NCBI RefSeq assembly: GCF_026210795.1
Contig: NC_089432.1
Location: 4,774,001 to 4,838,000 of the forward strand
Direction of reading: 5' to 3'
Origin: Rhizophagus irregularis
Taxonomy: Eukaryota
Length of the DNA: 64,000 nt
The stretch's first letter is position 1. Every line of letters begins with the position of its first letter. Both the position numbers and the translations under genes were made by a program. Of the stretch, positions 37,305 to 51,645 are shown in pieces. The notes beneath the pieces were generated by a model. That model worked only from the letters and a program-made list of their open reading frames with translations, did no database searches and was not told the origin of the DNA.

Positions 37305-39523
37305 CTTACTATCCGGAAGTTCCAATTCATCTTGTTCTTCCGAATGAAGATTTGGATTATTATGTATTTCATCATCATCTACAAATAAAATAATTATTTA
37401 GAAAGTATTAATTAATTATTATTATAATTATTATAATCAGTTTAAATAATTATATTACATACCGTCAATATCATCATGATATTTTTTTATTTGTTGTTGC
37501 ATTGTTTCTTGAATATCTAAAAATTAAAATAACGTTATATTCAATATTAAACAATTAAATTTGATAATATTAATACTTCTACTTGCCATTTTTCGAATTC
37601 CTTTTGAATATTTTGGATAATTTTTCACTACCAACTAAAAAATTTAAAATATAAACATTAATTTGTTTGATTATCTATTAAAGGAAATAATATTAAATAT
37701 GTTTTATAAATTACCTTTAAAAATGCTAATTATTTTTGAATTATTCTTCTGATTATTCAACTTATCAAAATCATCAACTAATAAATAAAAATAAATCAAA
37801 TAAAGTATCTTATTATATTAACATAAATCTAATAAACTTACTGTTATTGGGAATATGAAAGTTGTATGATTTATTACTGTGAAATGCTAATAAAAGAAAA
37901 TAATTTATTATTTAATTATTTAAAATAAAAAAATATATATAAAATTGTATGTTAATTTATACCTTCTTGTTCTTCTGCATTATTATTTAATTAAAAAGGT
38001 AAGATTTTAATTATTGATATCAACCATATATTAAAAATCAAATAACAAATTTCAATAATACCTTCTGTTGCATTTCTTGGTTCAGGGAGATTTTTAAATT
38101 GATGAACTTTACTCGTAAATAATCTGCTACTATTTGTATAGTTTTCTAAATCACCTATTTCCAAACTATTATCTTCATCCAGTTGGGTTAATAATTCATT
38201 TGATTTATTTTGGTAGTCTAAATTAAGTTCTCTTATTCTTTTCCTAAGTATTTCAATGTCTGGTCTATTCGATGGATTAGCATCCCAACATTGTTTCATT
38301 AAATTTTTATATTCTAAAGGAGTTCCTGATATAATTTTTGGTCTTATACCATTAATTATATTTATTGCAAGATCATAATCATGTTCGTATTTAATAAATG
38401 GTGGTTGTCCAGATGAAATTTCCCACATAAGTATGCCAATACTATAAATGTCAGATTTAAAAGTATTTACTTTTCCTGCAATAACTTCCGGTGCAATGTA
38501 GGGAAGATTTCCATATACACTCTTTAATGGTTTATCTGCAGGTCCACAAAATCCAAGATCACTAATACAAAATTTACTATCTCTAAATAATATATTTCCG
38601 GAATGCAAATCCCTATGAATCACATTCTCTCCATGAACTCGTGAAAGTTCTATTATTATGTCAGCAGCAATTTGATTTCTTTCTTTCCATGTAAGTTGAT
38701 TATGATTTTGTTGTAAATATTTTCTTAAATCTGTATCAAATTTATTCATTACAAGCATATAATCTCCATTTAATGGATCTTTTGTTAAACCATAACATTG
38801 GACAATCGCATCTGACCATTTATTACATATATTTAAATGCGAACTAGCCTATAAAATAAAGAAAATATTATAAAAAATTTTAAATGAAAATTACTATACC
38901 ATTTTTAGATTACAAACCTCTTCAAACCAACGTTTATTTGCACTTTCAACATTTTCTAATCTTTTAAGTACCACATTATATTTCCTAATTCTTTTTAATT
39001 GTTGTTCATTAGAATCCCATCCATAATAACCTCCATCAACCCATTCTGCTGTATAAATTTCAGAATATCCACCTTTTGTTAAATATTTAATATTTTTTAA
39101 ATTATTATATGGAATCCATTCAATTACGACATTCGGGTCAAGTGTTTTCATCTGACATTCTTGTATTAAATTGTCAATAACATCATTTCCAGATGTCCAA
39201 TTTGAAAAATTATTTTTTAAATAATTTCGAACACAATATTCACAGTATAATGTAGCTAAACATTTTTGGTTACAATTTTCACAAACTCTTCTTGTTCCTT
39301 CATTATAAATAAGTTTGCATTTATCATAAATTGCAGTCAAAATTCTTATTGCTTCAGATTTTTCATCTTTTGTAAGTGATTCATCAGCAAGAATTGTTTG
39401 TTTCCGAAATTCAAATTGTTTGTGCATATTATTGTGAATATTATAATCCGTTAGTGCAGATGCTTTGTTAAGTGTAGTATTAATTAAATCTTTTCTAATA
39501 ACAGACATAATGAAAAATTTCAT
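37305..39523 (-). CDS. TKL-type protein kinase with an N-terminal Cys-rich (CxxC...CxxC) region and several small 3' exons
   Basis: Exons 39523-38918, 38848-38062, 37974-37963, 37886-37842, 37777-37715, 37634-37587, 37516-37463 and about 37378-37305 splice in frame. Motifs are KGGYSEIY, VVLK, HRDLHSGN, DLG and APE, with a tail NPNLHSEEQDELELPD. The exact stop is uncertain. Confidence 0.9.
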
Positions 39524-42500
39524 TGTAAATTTTTTTAAAATTTTTTTCGGAACGGTCTATTTATAAAAGTCAATCATGTGTAATATTGACTGCGTATGTA
39601 CTCCTGTACTCAAACCTAATTAGTCTAGTCAAATGATTTGTGATTTTCATTGTCAAGGAAAAATTTTTTTCCGATACAAAAAGTTCGATAATTTTTTTAT
39701 TTTTTGATTTTCAATTTTTTAAATTAATTAATCTAACTTTACCATTTATTTTAAAGGATTCCAAAAAAAAAAAATTATTATTTGTCTAAAGGCGCAGGAT
39801 CACTTGACAAAAAACGACGATCGTAACTATTAAATATATATACTATACATCAGAAATTTATACCATTAAAATATATTAGACAAATTTAATTATAAATTTG
39901 GATTTTAATGTGCATAGGATTGGTTAAATTGATAAACTAAATTTATATATGTTAAAAATTGTAATATAAAAAAATATTCATAATATTTCTTTAAGGAGAC
40001 TATCTAAAATAATCAAAAGTCGAATTAACTTTCATAAACAGTTTAACTTATAATAAGTTGCTCCTCTGATGTGAAAATTTTTTTTTTTTCATTTCATCAT
40101 AATTTATAAGTTTTCCATTTAAAACATCTCGATATATCAGGTATTTATTTCAGAGAAGCGTCTATATACGACATGTATGTCACGTCCGCTTTATATATGA
40201 TACAGTCACTTTGTATTTGTTTTAAACATTTAACGTCTATATTATTAATATTATTGATCAATGAATAAGATATACTTATTTTAATGCTTATAAGAAGTTA
40301 AGTATTAAAAAAAATTCTGTTATTTATTATTTTAAAATTTTTTTTTTGAAGTTTTGGAAATCGAAACTATAAGAAAACTCAATTTTAACGTTATAAAATT
40401 TATTAGTACAATAATTATTATTTACTACTTCTGTTTCTTCAATTTTATTTTTTCTTATTTTGTCAATTTTTCATTATTTTCATTGATTTTTTTGTTATAT
40501 TTTTTTTTACGTTTTTCTTTATTAGAATGTGTAAAACTAACGCTAATACTATAAAAGTTGTTAATTGCGATTATCAAAAATTTTTAATCTTAAAATTACT
40601 TATTCAAAACGAATTTTATTTATACTGAATCTTGATACGGAAAACACTTTTGTATTCTACTTTATTTTACTTTTGCGATTGTAAGTGACTGCCTATTTAT
40701 CCGATTTATAATTTGAATTGTTCATACGCTCTTCGAATTTGTCGATAGTCTTCTGCTTTGGAGAAATTGTTCTAGCCTCGCCTGTTGCCTCAATTATTAT
40801 TTGCATGAATCTTAAGTTTACAACTAGCTGATCTCTCATCGTTATTCTTCCATTAATATTACTATTATTGGATTAAGTTAATAAGTTTTTCATCTATTAT
40901 ATCAAAAAATTGTCTTACTAGCAATACTGTTCCTATGAAAATAATCGTTAAATTTTTGTACAATTTTCATACAAATCCATATGGAATCCCTACAATTATT
41001 GCAGTTTTATGATAAAAATAGCCATAGTATTCATAGTATTTTGTTTAATGTACTAAAAATGTATGATATTCGTACAATCTAAATAAAGTGTGTAATTTAT
41101 GTTTAAATTTTAGCATACGATTATTTTGATATTCAATTTCCCTATGAAAAGTAATCATAATTTATGTACAATTTAAATATGATTTTGGTATAGAATTATG
41201 CACAATTAATTTTTATACATTTTTATATAATTATCAATTATTTAGTTTTTTCAGCCAAATATAAAAACAAGTAATATTTAATATTTTATTTCTTTAGTAA
41301 TTCATAAAATTTGTGCGTACTTTCTATGAAATCACGTGATATGCATCAGGAAATTTTATTGTTCTATTTTGTATGATTACATATTTATTCATTTTTTTTT
41401 TCCTTTTTTCTTTGTTGATTTTTCAGCCTCACACCCATATTTTTTTTTAATAAATAAAAACTGAAAATAGCTTGTAAAGTTGTTTTTAATTATTAATTAT
41501 AATGTTTTATTATTAAGTATTTTTTCAATATAATGTAAAATTACATACTGCTTTTCCACGTGCGGGGTTTTTCGTAATTTCAGTACTTTGTTAACTGAAA
41601 TATGCCTGGAGGTTTAAGAAAATTTACATGTGGAGTAATTCTAATATTGTGGTAATATTAGAATGTAGAAAATGTAAATATCGGAGAAATATTGTATAGG
41701 TCTTTAGGCAATACTTTGCTATTTTCATTATTAAGAACTCCCATTTTGAAACGGTAATAAATTAAAATCAATATCTTTTAATACTTCATTATTATTTTTA
41801 TTATTATTTAAATATTTATTATTATTATAAAAATTTCTTTTGGCTCGATCAAAGCATGATTTTATTCGTTAATGAATTCGGGTCGAATTTATGATGCAGG
41901 CCAGAATTTTGGCATATACAAATATACTCATTATAATTCCGGCCGCTGCCGGTTTCGGATATCAATAATTATTTATCTCCGGATAACTGTTTGTTTTCTC
42001 TCCATTTTTAATTTTCATTGAATTCGTTGTACAATCAAGCAATCCTTTCATTATATCCTTTTAGTAATTTTTTCATCCCGCCTTTCCTTTTAGACATTCT
42101 TTATTCTACCATACAATATACGTGCGCCAAATTTCAATACATATATAATGTTTGTACTTTTCCTTTTTTTACTTGATACAAAATATTTATATTTCGTTTT
42201 TTTGAAAAATAAATTTAAATAACAAAAAAATAAACTCACACAAGCTATGAAAAATGTCTCAGAATCAAGATAAACAGCAATAAACTTGCTTTATAAACTA
42301 AAATTTTGACATTATATATCAAATATTACAATTTCACTAAATATACATAAAATTCAACTCGTTCTAATTCTTTAAATATTAGAAAATCAATCATTATGAG
42401 GATTTGAGTGAAATCTCGGAAGTATGTATTATAATTAATATCAATCTTTTTTTTTTTTAAGGAGATTACTTTATTTAAAGATATGTTTTTCTTTTGCAGA

Positions 42501-43149
42501 CAATAAAAAATAATAGTAATGTTCATTTTAGTGAGACGAAGCCAATTCATAATCGGTAATTGAAATGTTTGTTTTTCGTTTCTTAAAAATAAAAATTTTA
42601 ACCCAGCGTCTTTATTAATAAATCAATCTCAGCTATTGTAAAAGAAAAAGAAATGTTTATTCAATTATTGCGAGAAATCTCATACACTAATTCTGAGAAA
42701 GCATCCTACGTACCTCTACTCGAATGAATTAGTACCTTACTCTCCTCTAATTGACTATTCAGCTGAAAGTATCATAAAATTAGATTATTTAATACTAAAT
42801 AAGTTCTCCTCAGGCTCTCTCTTCTTAGTAAGTTGGACATCATGCTACGATTGCTATAGACAAATTGATATTTTTTATTAACATTTTTATTACAAATACT
42901 ATTATTATTAAAAAAAATTATATTTAAATTAATTATTATTAATTGGTTTGCAAATTATTTTTGGACGAAACTTATAACATGTTAAATCGTATTAAACATA
43001 CAGTACCATGTATTTATAATTTAATAATCGTTTGATTCGTATCATAAAATATTAATACAGATTGTAAGAAATCTAGCAATACATGCATACATATAAAAAT
43101 TGGTTGTATGAAATTAAAAAAAGCTGTGTACACGTACTATAATAAATGG

Positions 43150-43738
43150 AAGAAAACTTGAAATAAATTAAAAAACTGTTGTTTGTATTTGTAATAAAAA
43201 CCCGAGGAAAAAAATACGAAAAAACAAGCGATAAAATGAAAGAAATTTTGATATAACTCGAACAATTTGTTTGCGTTTGTAATAAAATCCGAAAAAGTAG
43301 AATAATAATAAACGAAAAAGTTTGTATTTGTAATAAAATCCGAGAAAAAAAATATGAAAAAAAAACAAGCGATAAAATGAAAAAAAAATTGAAATAACTC
43401 GAACAGTTTGTTTGCGTTTGTAATAAAACCCGAAAAAAAAGAATAATAATAAATGAAAAAGTTTGTATTAGTAATAAAATCCGAGAAAAAAAATATGAAA
43501 AAAAAAACGGTGATAAAATGAAAGAAAAATTGAAATAACTCGAACAATTTGTTTACGTTTGTAATAAAAACCGGAAAAAAAAGAATAATAATAAACGAAA
43601 AAAGTGTTTGTATTTGTAATAAAATCCGTGAAAAAAAAATATGAAAAAAAACGGGGGATAAAATGAAAGAAAAATTGAAATAACTCGAATAATTTGTATG
43701 TAATAAAAACCGAAAAAAAAGAATAATAAACGAAGTAA
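43150..43738. repeat. ~141-bp A-rich tandem repeat x4
   Basis: taactcgaa recurs at 43254, 43395, 43536 and 43681. Confidence 0.9.
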
Positions 43739-43747
43739 TATAAGTTT

Positions 43748-45270
43748 TTATATTTGATACTTATCGGAATTTATGTCACAATCATCGCAACTTGGTAAGT
43801 TTGGTAAGTTCAATAAGTCAGAATCATCATTTCTTAATATTACTGTTGTTTCACTTTCATTTTTAAAATTATTTGCTAAGCTTGTGCTGACTTTAGGATC
43901 AGTAGAATCAATAATTTTATCAAGTTCCGAATTTACTTTGTGAATATTTGGTCTTTCATCTGGTTCTTGTCTCCAACATTCTATTCAAATAAATTTCAAA
44001 ATTAGATCATATAGTTAAAAATTAATAGTATTAGCTTAAACTTACCTTCATAAAGCGCAACGAATTTATCGTTTGTGTTTGGAATAGGTTTTTCTCTTTC
44101 ACCATCAAGAATTTTTAATATAATAGATGCATTATCATTCCTTGTTTCATAATTGAAAGGTGATGAACAACTAGTCAATTCCCAGAATATAACTCCTAAA
44201 CTATAAATATCTGATTTTTCGTTTAAATCGTAACCCTTAACATTATTAAGAATTTTAGGATCAACGTAAGGTATTATGCCACGTGGTTTAGTAGGTAGAT
44301 AGGAAACTTTTTCTTGTTGACGCAAACGTGAACATCCAAAATCTGATAATTTTATTGTATTTTGATGTATTAAAATATTTTTGGAATGCTAAATAGAATG
44401 AATAACTTAATGTGTTAATTGGTGTTAATTATATAATATCATAACGATATTAAAATAAATTAATCACACTTACAAGATCTCCATGTATGATTTTGTTATC
44501 ATGTAACCATAAAATTGCACCTGTAATTTCTTTGGCAAACTTAAATTGGATTTCCTATTTAATTAAAGATTTAGTGTTGTCTTTTAAATGATTTTCCAAT
44601 GTTCCCCCGTCCGCGTATTCAAGAACGAATGAATAATTTATTCCATCCGATTCATCTTAAATTATAAAAAAATTATGTAAACAATACTTAAAATATATAT
44701 CAAACGATCAAATGATTATCATACCTCATACCTTTTAATTTCGTAACTCCATAAAATCGAATTATATTTGGATGAGATGCTATCATCATTAAATTAATCT
44801 AAATGAATTCATAATATTAAAAATGACAATGTCAATAAAACAATAGGATATAGTATACTATATACTGTATAAACAGAGTTAATTATTAACATACTTCGTT
44901 AATAATTTCTTCCATGGAGTTTAAATTTTCATTAAATTCTTTAATCGCAAATTTTGTTGTGTTCTTCCAATATGCGACATGAACCGTAGAAAATCCTCCA
45001 GAGCCAATCTTAACAAAATTTTTAAATTCTTGAGAGTCATAGTAACAAATTATCTTATCATCCAATAATACATTAATGCTATTTGACTCACGTATCTTTA
45101 TAAAATAAAATATAATTAATTAATAAATAAATACTAATTAATAACTAGTAATTGAATGGTTTTAATTTTAAATCAAATGTATCCTAACTAACTGAAGGAT
45201 AAAAAAAAGTTAGGCTCAATATAATTCAATCAAAAAATAATAATTTACCTGTATATTCGTATTGTGCTTT
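43748..45270 (-). pseudogene. TKL kinase pseudogene
   Basis: Spliced exons give GSGGFSTV, FAIK, VLEYADGG, HGDL|HSKN, DFG and SDIYSLG. An in-frame TAG at 44557-44555 replaces the conserved Trp. No clear start ATG, and a probable frameshift in the last exon. Confidence 0.85.
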
Positions 45271-46346
45271 TTTTTTATTAATAAAATGCAAGAATGTAAG
45301 TTAAAGAAAAAAAAAATAAATAAATAAATTAAAAATCACGTAAATTCATGGAATGATTGACAGCAGTAATATTGTTATTACTACCAAAAAAGTAAGGATT
45401 ATGGATCTTGATAAGTCACAATTCACAATCGCTAAGAGAGAAAGTTATATTATAAGCTTGGGTGTAAAAGGATTGCAACCCAGAACGTAAGGATATTAGG
45501 ATATTTGATAGTTTTTTTTTAAAACTAAAATTTTTTTGGTGATCGGTAATCGAAAAGTGTGATCTCCTACTAAAAGAACCGAAAAATATGGTTTAGCATG
45601 GAATTCAGGCATAATTTTTAGAGATACGTCATAATAGTTAATGAGTCGAGATCAAGCAGAAAATCGATTCTTGAGTGTTATATATTGTTCAATAAACTAT
45701 CTATATTATGTAAATATCGTAAGCGCAATATATAAAAATTGTAGTTATTAAAGATTTTATAATATATGTAAATAATTGGCAATTGTACATTTTTTTAATA
45801 TAAAAATTATAATTAATAAATTCAAAATTTTAAATAAAAATGCATGTCAATGTACTTCTTAGAATTATAATATCAGCTTAGTAGTCATATTAAAATCAAA
45901 TTTAACGACTTACGACGTGGATCAAGGTAATTATTTCAATAGAGGTTATTTATTTAAATTTGTACATATACATATAATTATATATATGATATAATTTTTA
46001 CATGTAAACTTACTAATTGGAAAGCCGATTCAGATTGTATTTCAGGACTTATTTACTAATCAAAACGAAATGATTATGAATATGTTCATATATTTTCTGA
46101 TGAGTTTATCACTCTACAAGAAATATAAATATATTAATATAAATAAAATATAAATATATACATTTTGCATGATAATAATATGGTAAGTACTACTTCGTCG
46201 ATTTTTTTTTTATTTGTATATTGGAAAATTTTAAAAAGTTTATTCAGAAAGAATGGCGTATTTATTTCGCGATCATTATTTTTTTTGTGCTACTGAGACT
46301 ACTGACTAAATCATAACTATAAAATATATAAAATTCGATATTTTCG

Positions 46347-46677
46347 GACTTTTCGAACAATATTTTTAAAAAAGGCTAGTGAAATTTAAGATCTACGATT
46401 AATTTAGATGCTTTGGTTTGAATTAATTGTGTTACATTAGGTGATAGATATACAGATATACGACTTTTCGAACAATATTTTTAAAAAAAGCTAGTGAAAT
46501 TTAAGATCTACACATTTTTTCGATTAATTTAGATGTTTCGGTTTGAATTAATTGTGTTACATTAGGTGATAGATATACAGATATACGACTTTTCGAACAA
46601 TATTTTTAAAAAAGGCTAGTGAAATTTAAGATCTACGATTAATTTAGATGTTTTGGTTTGAATTAAATTGTGTTACG
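46347..46677. repeat. ~115-125-bp tandem triplication
   Basis: gacttttcgaacaatatttttaaaaaa(g/a)gctagtgaaatttaagatctac occurs at 46347, 46462 and 46587. Confidence 0.92.
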
Positions 46678-47204
46678 TAAGCACGGAAAGGTTGATGAAA
46701 AATCATCATGGTGCATGATGATTTTTCACCATGTTGCTTGATGACTTTTCTATGGAAAGCCATCCTTGACAAAAGGTTGATATCCAGACATCATGTTGGA
46801 TAATGTCTAGACATCATGTTTGATATATGTAGGATGATGTTTGTACATCATTCAACATGATGCTCAAGCATCAACCGACATGATGTCTTAGACATCATGT
46901 TACCAAATATAGTAAATTTTATTTTGTGTAACTCATAAATATACTATATTTGGTAATTTGATCAGCATGATGTCTAGACATCATGTCGGTTGATGTCTTT
47001 CACATCATGTTGAATGATGTACAAACATCATCCTACATATATCAAACATGATGTCTAGACATACCATCATGATGTCTAAATATTATATTTCATGATGTTT
47101 GGACATCAACCTTTTGTCAAGGACGGCTTTCCATACTTTTCACCATGATTTATGATGACTTTTCACCATGTGACAAATAATTTTCATCATGTTTCCTAAT
47201 ACGG
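46678..47204. mobile_element. Foldback/MITE-like palindromic element rich in CATCATG/CATGATG motifs
   Basis: Inverted arms atggaaagccatccttgacaaaaggttgat (46752) ... atcaaccttttgtcaaggacggctttccat (47133), with a central ttaccaaatatagta...tactatatttggtaa. Outer ends are imprecise. Confidence 0.75.
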
Positions 47205-48479
47205 AATTGTTCAATATCCAAAAATAGCTTACCATGCCACTGGTTTTTTATATTACAAATTTAATAAATTTTAAGATTTTCTTTTACAAATTTGGAAATT
47301 TACCGATCCTTTGGCATTTTTGCAATCACATTTACCGGTATAAAACATTTTTTTGCCATCACATCTATGAATTTTTTTTTCAACTAATCTAAATTTTTTC
47401 GGTTCCTCTTTTTTATAATTTTCATTTTTTCAAATTTCCTTTTTTCTCTTTCAAAACACCTTTGTCTTTCTTTTCACCATTTAGATTTGGTTTTTTTTCC
47501 AAAACTGAAAAATTATTATTATTTTTTTTTATTAAAAGTCTTTTAAGACTTATATTATTTTTTTTTGGTCTTTTTTTTTAGACCATATTATTGAATTTTA
47601 TTTTTCGGTCTTTTTGGACCGAATTATTATTTATTTCAGAATTTTTTCGGTACTTTTTAAACCCGATTTCTTTCTTTATCCTTTTTCATTCCCCGTATTT
47701 TTTTCTTTTTCTTTTGAAATTTTTCTTTTTCAACCCGATTTTTCTCTTTATTCCTCCCCACAAATTTTTTTTTTCTTTTTTTCCGATTGACTTTTTTTCC
47801 AATCCGAAAATTTTTTCCCCTTTCCTTTTTCGGTTTGGCCTTTTTTCTTTCATACCGAATTTTTTTTCTGAATACATTCTTTCACCATTTAGGTTTGGAC
47901 CGGTGATTAGATCAATGTTGCGGCGACACCTTTATTCCCGATTCTTATTATTAATAATAGTATTATTTTTTTGTATCAAGCTCAATAATAAATAGACTGA
48001 CATAATTATTTATTTTTTGTAACAATAGATCGTTATAATTAATTTTTCTGGGAATTTTTTTTTCATATTAATTAGTAAGATATTTTTTTTTCTAGAGGAT
48101 AAAAAAAAAGATTTTTTTTGTAACAATGTAACAACAAACTACTTATACAAAATTGTTTTTGTAATGAATTTGTAAATTCCACAATACTGCAACATTTGTT
48201 TCGTGTAATAAATAAATTTTGTATTTAACAATAATATTTTATATATTGTATAACACTTGCACATGTTATTTATTCTAGGTCCAAGTGTTTCAGTATGGAA
48301 ACTTCAGAACGGTGAATTTCGAAACAGTAAATTTCGAAATGGTAAGTTTCGTAACGAAACAATGCGAAACAATTTTTTTTATTTTTTTTAATAAGAAATG
48401 TTATTTATTCTAATGTTTCTTTATTTTTGCTGGTTTATTTTGACTTGGTAACTTCAGAACGGTAGATTTCGAAAATGGA

Positions 48480-48700
48480 TAAAATTCATAATGCGGGCCG
48501 AGATTCATAGTGCCGGTCAGACAATTTTGGCCTGAATTTCGTCTTTCAGCTAGAGTTTCGTTGAGTTTTGGTCTGGCCTAATTTTGGCCGGGATCAAAAA
48601 TATATTTGATCTAATCCTGGCCGAATTTTAATGCTGACTAGGATTGAGTTTTAACCGGTTATTAACCGGTTAAGACTTTTTGGACCGGTTCCAACCTCTA
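48480..48700 (-). mobile_element. Single hAT-like terminus with subterminal ACCGG/GGCC motifs
   Basis: Ends ...ggaccggttccaacctcta (reverse complement TAGAGGTTGGAACCGG), similar to the TIR of the 34665 MITE. The partner end was not found. Confidence 0.45.
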
Positions 48701-49204
48701 ATCCCGGGCATTTCTGTTTGTGGGTTTAACATTTGTAGTATAAACCAATTGAAAATAGGTAGATATTAATTAAATTTGTCTTTAAACAGTTTCTTGTATT
48801 TTACATGAAATGACAAAGAAATAGCATGATAAAATATTCTAAACATTTTCTATTTAAAGATTTCAGGATACACAACATTACGTGTAACATTTTTACTTTG
48901 ATTTCTTCTTATGCTAAGACTATATATTTATTACAATGTGCAAAAATTATTCTATTCTTTTTATAAATTCTGTAAAAGTAGTACTTGAATAACTAGGGCT
49001 AATTTTAATATGTTTTCCTAGTATTTTTAATTGAAAAAACTAAATAAATAAAATACAACCGAATTTGATTATGTCAAATAAATATTTACTAACTAGTATT
49101 AATATTTAATTCGTCAATTTTTCGATTAATTTCTTGTCTACTACTAAAATATAAGGTCAATCATTGAATTTAGATTTTGTAAAGATAAACGAAAATATTT
49201 TTAC

Positions 49205-49578
49205 CTTTCAGTATCTATTTTAAAATTAAGTTCTATTGAAACATAATCTGTATCCAAAGATTTAGTTATTAGTATTTTGAATTTACTTATCTATTTTATT
49301 TTTACATACCTTTTAAAAGAATATTTAGACGAGCAATTAGAAATAATAGATTTTAATGATCTACTTATATAAATAGCACTTGGATGAGGGTTTTCACTAA
49401 ACTCGGGACAAAGTTTCTTTAATTGTACTAATTCTTTCCTTTTTTTTCAGCTTGATTAAATTGTTCTATATCTTTATTTCTATATATACCATCTACCAAA
49501 GGTTTTGCGAATTTCTGTCATTGTAGATCTTTTTTTGGAATCAGGACTTTTCATTAAATTAGCAAAGCACTCTGGTGT
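49205..49578 (-). pseudogene. Fragment of a TKL kinase C-terminus
   Basis: TPECFANLMKS..DSKKRSTMTEIRKTFGRWY / DIEQFNQAEKKRKELVQLKKLCPEFSENPHPSAIYISRSL. The HPxAIYxSR motif is shared with the kinase at 62995-64000. Confidence 0.75.
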
Positions 49579-50059
49579 GAACAAGATTTTAAAATAGTCA
49601 GTTATTATGTTATAGGAATTTAATCTCCATTATTTATTGTATATTAACAAACATTATATTCCATATATTAACATAAAAATATTGCTCTATTATTCTTCGA
49701 TTATTTCAATATCAGCGACTCGTGAATTCACTGCTGATTTGACTTTCTGTGCGATAAAATATACCGTAATAGTGTATTCAAATGTAAGGTTTAATTTTCT
49801 TTTCCTGAATAAATAATGTGAAGGGTATAAAGAGTGACTAGTTGTGAAGCATCATATTTCATAAATATTTATTGATATCAATTTATATGTAATCTTACTC
49901 CAGCCACCAAGGTGTTGTATGAAAAAGTGATAACGTCATGATAGACGCAGCAAAAGCAGTGCCTTTGCATTACTTTATAAATAATTAAGTTGAAATTTTA
50001 TGATATAAATATTTACAGTTTAAAGTAATCTATTACAGAGAATATTTATTTATTTAAAT

Positions 50060-51645
50060 TAAATTAAATTATAGGTAATCGGAGTACATTCATGATAAAT
50101 ACTAGAAGAATATATTAATGATACTCCTCTTGCCCTAATTTGATCCAATAATTTTGTTTCTTCATCATTCAACACTCTTTCTAACTTTCCCATACCAAAG
50201 AATTTTAAACTATTATTTTCTTTTTTAATATAATTCAAAATTATTTTAAGATACTCTGAATGAATATTAATATTTAAACTAATCGTTTCAAAATGATGAG
50301 GAAGATTTTCAAAAAATGCTTCAAGTAGAAAAGTATGTTTAAATCCAAAAATAGTATATTGAAAATCAGAAAAAACTGAATAGAAATTTCCTTAACATCA
50401 AAAAATTTTAAATTTTTGGCAAAATTTCCCATCATTTCATCACTTGTAAAATTTCTAATTATATAAAGAAACAAATTACTAATTCTTAAATTTTTAAAAT
50501 AAGGAATTAATGAAAAAACAATCTCTGGATCAATTGTTATTTTTAAATTATTAAGGTTTAAACAATATAATGATAAATACTCAATAATAAGAATTGTTAA
50601 ATCACCATGAAAATATAATTTTTGTAATGATTCACCTAAATATTTGATTATTGAAGATGTAACTTTATCATTCCAAATGTTGCTCTTAATTGTTAACTCT
50701 TTTAGTTTAAATGATGCAAAATTTAAAATCCTACATTGATCAATTGATAATCCATCACAATTATAAAAATTTAAGTATTTAAATTATATAAAATTATTAA
50801 ATTCTCAAAAGAAATATCACGAAAGCTAATAGCTACAAATTCAATATAAACTAAAGAATGTTTTTGAAATTCTAATGATGAAAATATATAACTTAATAAA
50901 GAATAACGTATAAATATTTTAAATGCTTCAAGTTTATTTTGCTTTTGAATTATTGTGCTAATGATTTTTTTAATTCTTATGGGAATTTGACTCCCTTTTG
51001 AAAATTCCAATTTTCTCAAATTTAAACAATTATTCGTTATACTTTTTAAAAGTACTTCTCCTTTGTTTGGTTTTAAGTTTATATCACATAAACTTAATGA
51101 TTTTAAATTTGAAAAATTTTGTGGAATACTTTTTATATTATAATCTTGATAATCGCATTGGAATGAAATAATAGATTGTTTAATATTAATGCTTTTACGT
51201 AAATTTGATTGATGAAATGTTAAAATAAATTCTCTAACAATTCCATGATCTTCCTTTATATTTAAATATTCCCAAAACCAAAAAAAATTATTCGGTTTAT
51301 TACCAAATAATCGTAATATTCTATATATTTTGAATATTCAAATAATGGTTTATTTATTATATCATTAATATTAACGTCATTAATATTAATATTATATTGA
51401 TTTAATTGATTTTTAAATCGTAAAATTTCTGCTTTATTAAAACATAAAATAAAAGTAAAGATTATTTTGGATTTTTTATTATATTCATATGATAGTTGAT
51501 TAAAAGGATTTTTGTAAAGTAAAGGAACCGTTTCTCTGCACCATAATCGATTAACCAATAAACAATTAAATAAAGTTGAACGATCATCTTGAAGGTATTT
51601 TAATATACAGTAAATACAATCATCTGATAGATAGGGTGAACTCAT
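50060..51645 (-). pseudogene. F-box plus leucine-rich-repeat protein, frameshifted
   Basis: N-terminal F-box-like PYLSDDCIYCILKYL...LFNCLLVNRLWCRETVPLLY followed by LRR-like segments (NNCLNLRKLEF, FKLKELTI, YCLNLNNLKI) spread across at least three frames. Confidence 0.85.

Noticed and set aside
43137..43547. Phe-rich ORFs here and at 47591-47995, 40354-40554 and 52207-52452
   Set aside because: Products of T-rich low-complexity or tandem-repeat DNA.
46097..46125. Hammerhead core (CTGATGA...GAAA)
   Set aside because: GAAA does not directly follow a closed stem II, and stems I and III cannot be formed.
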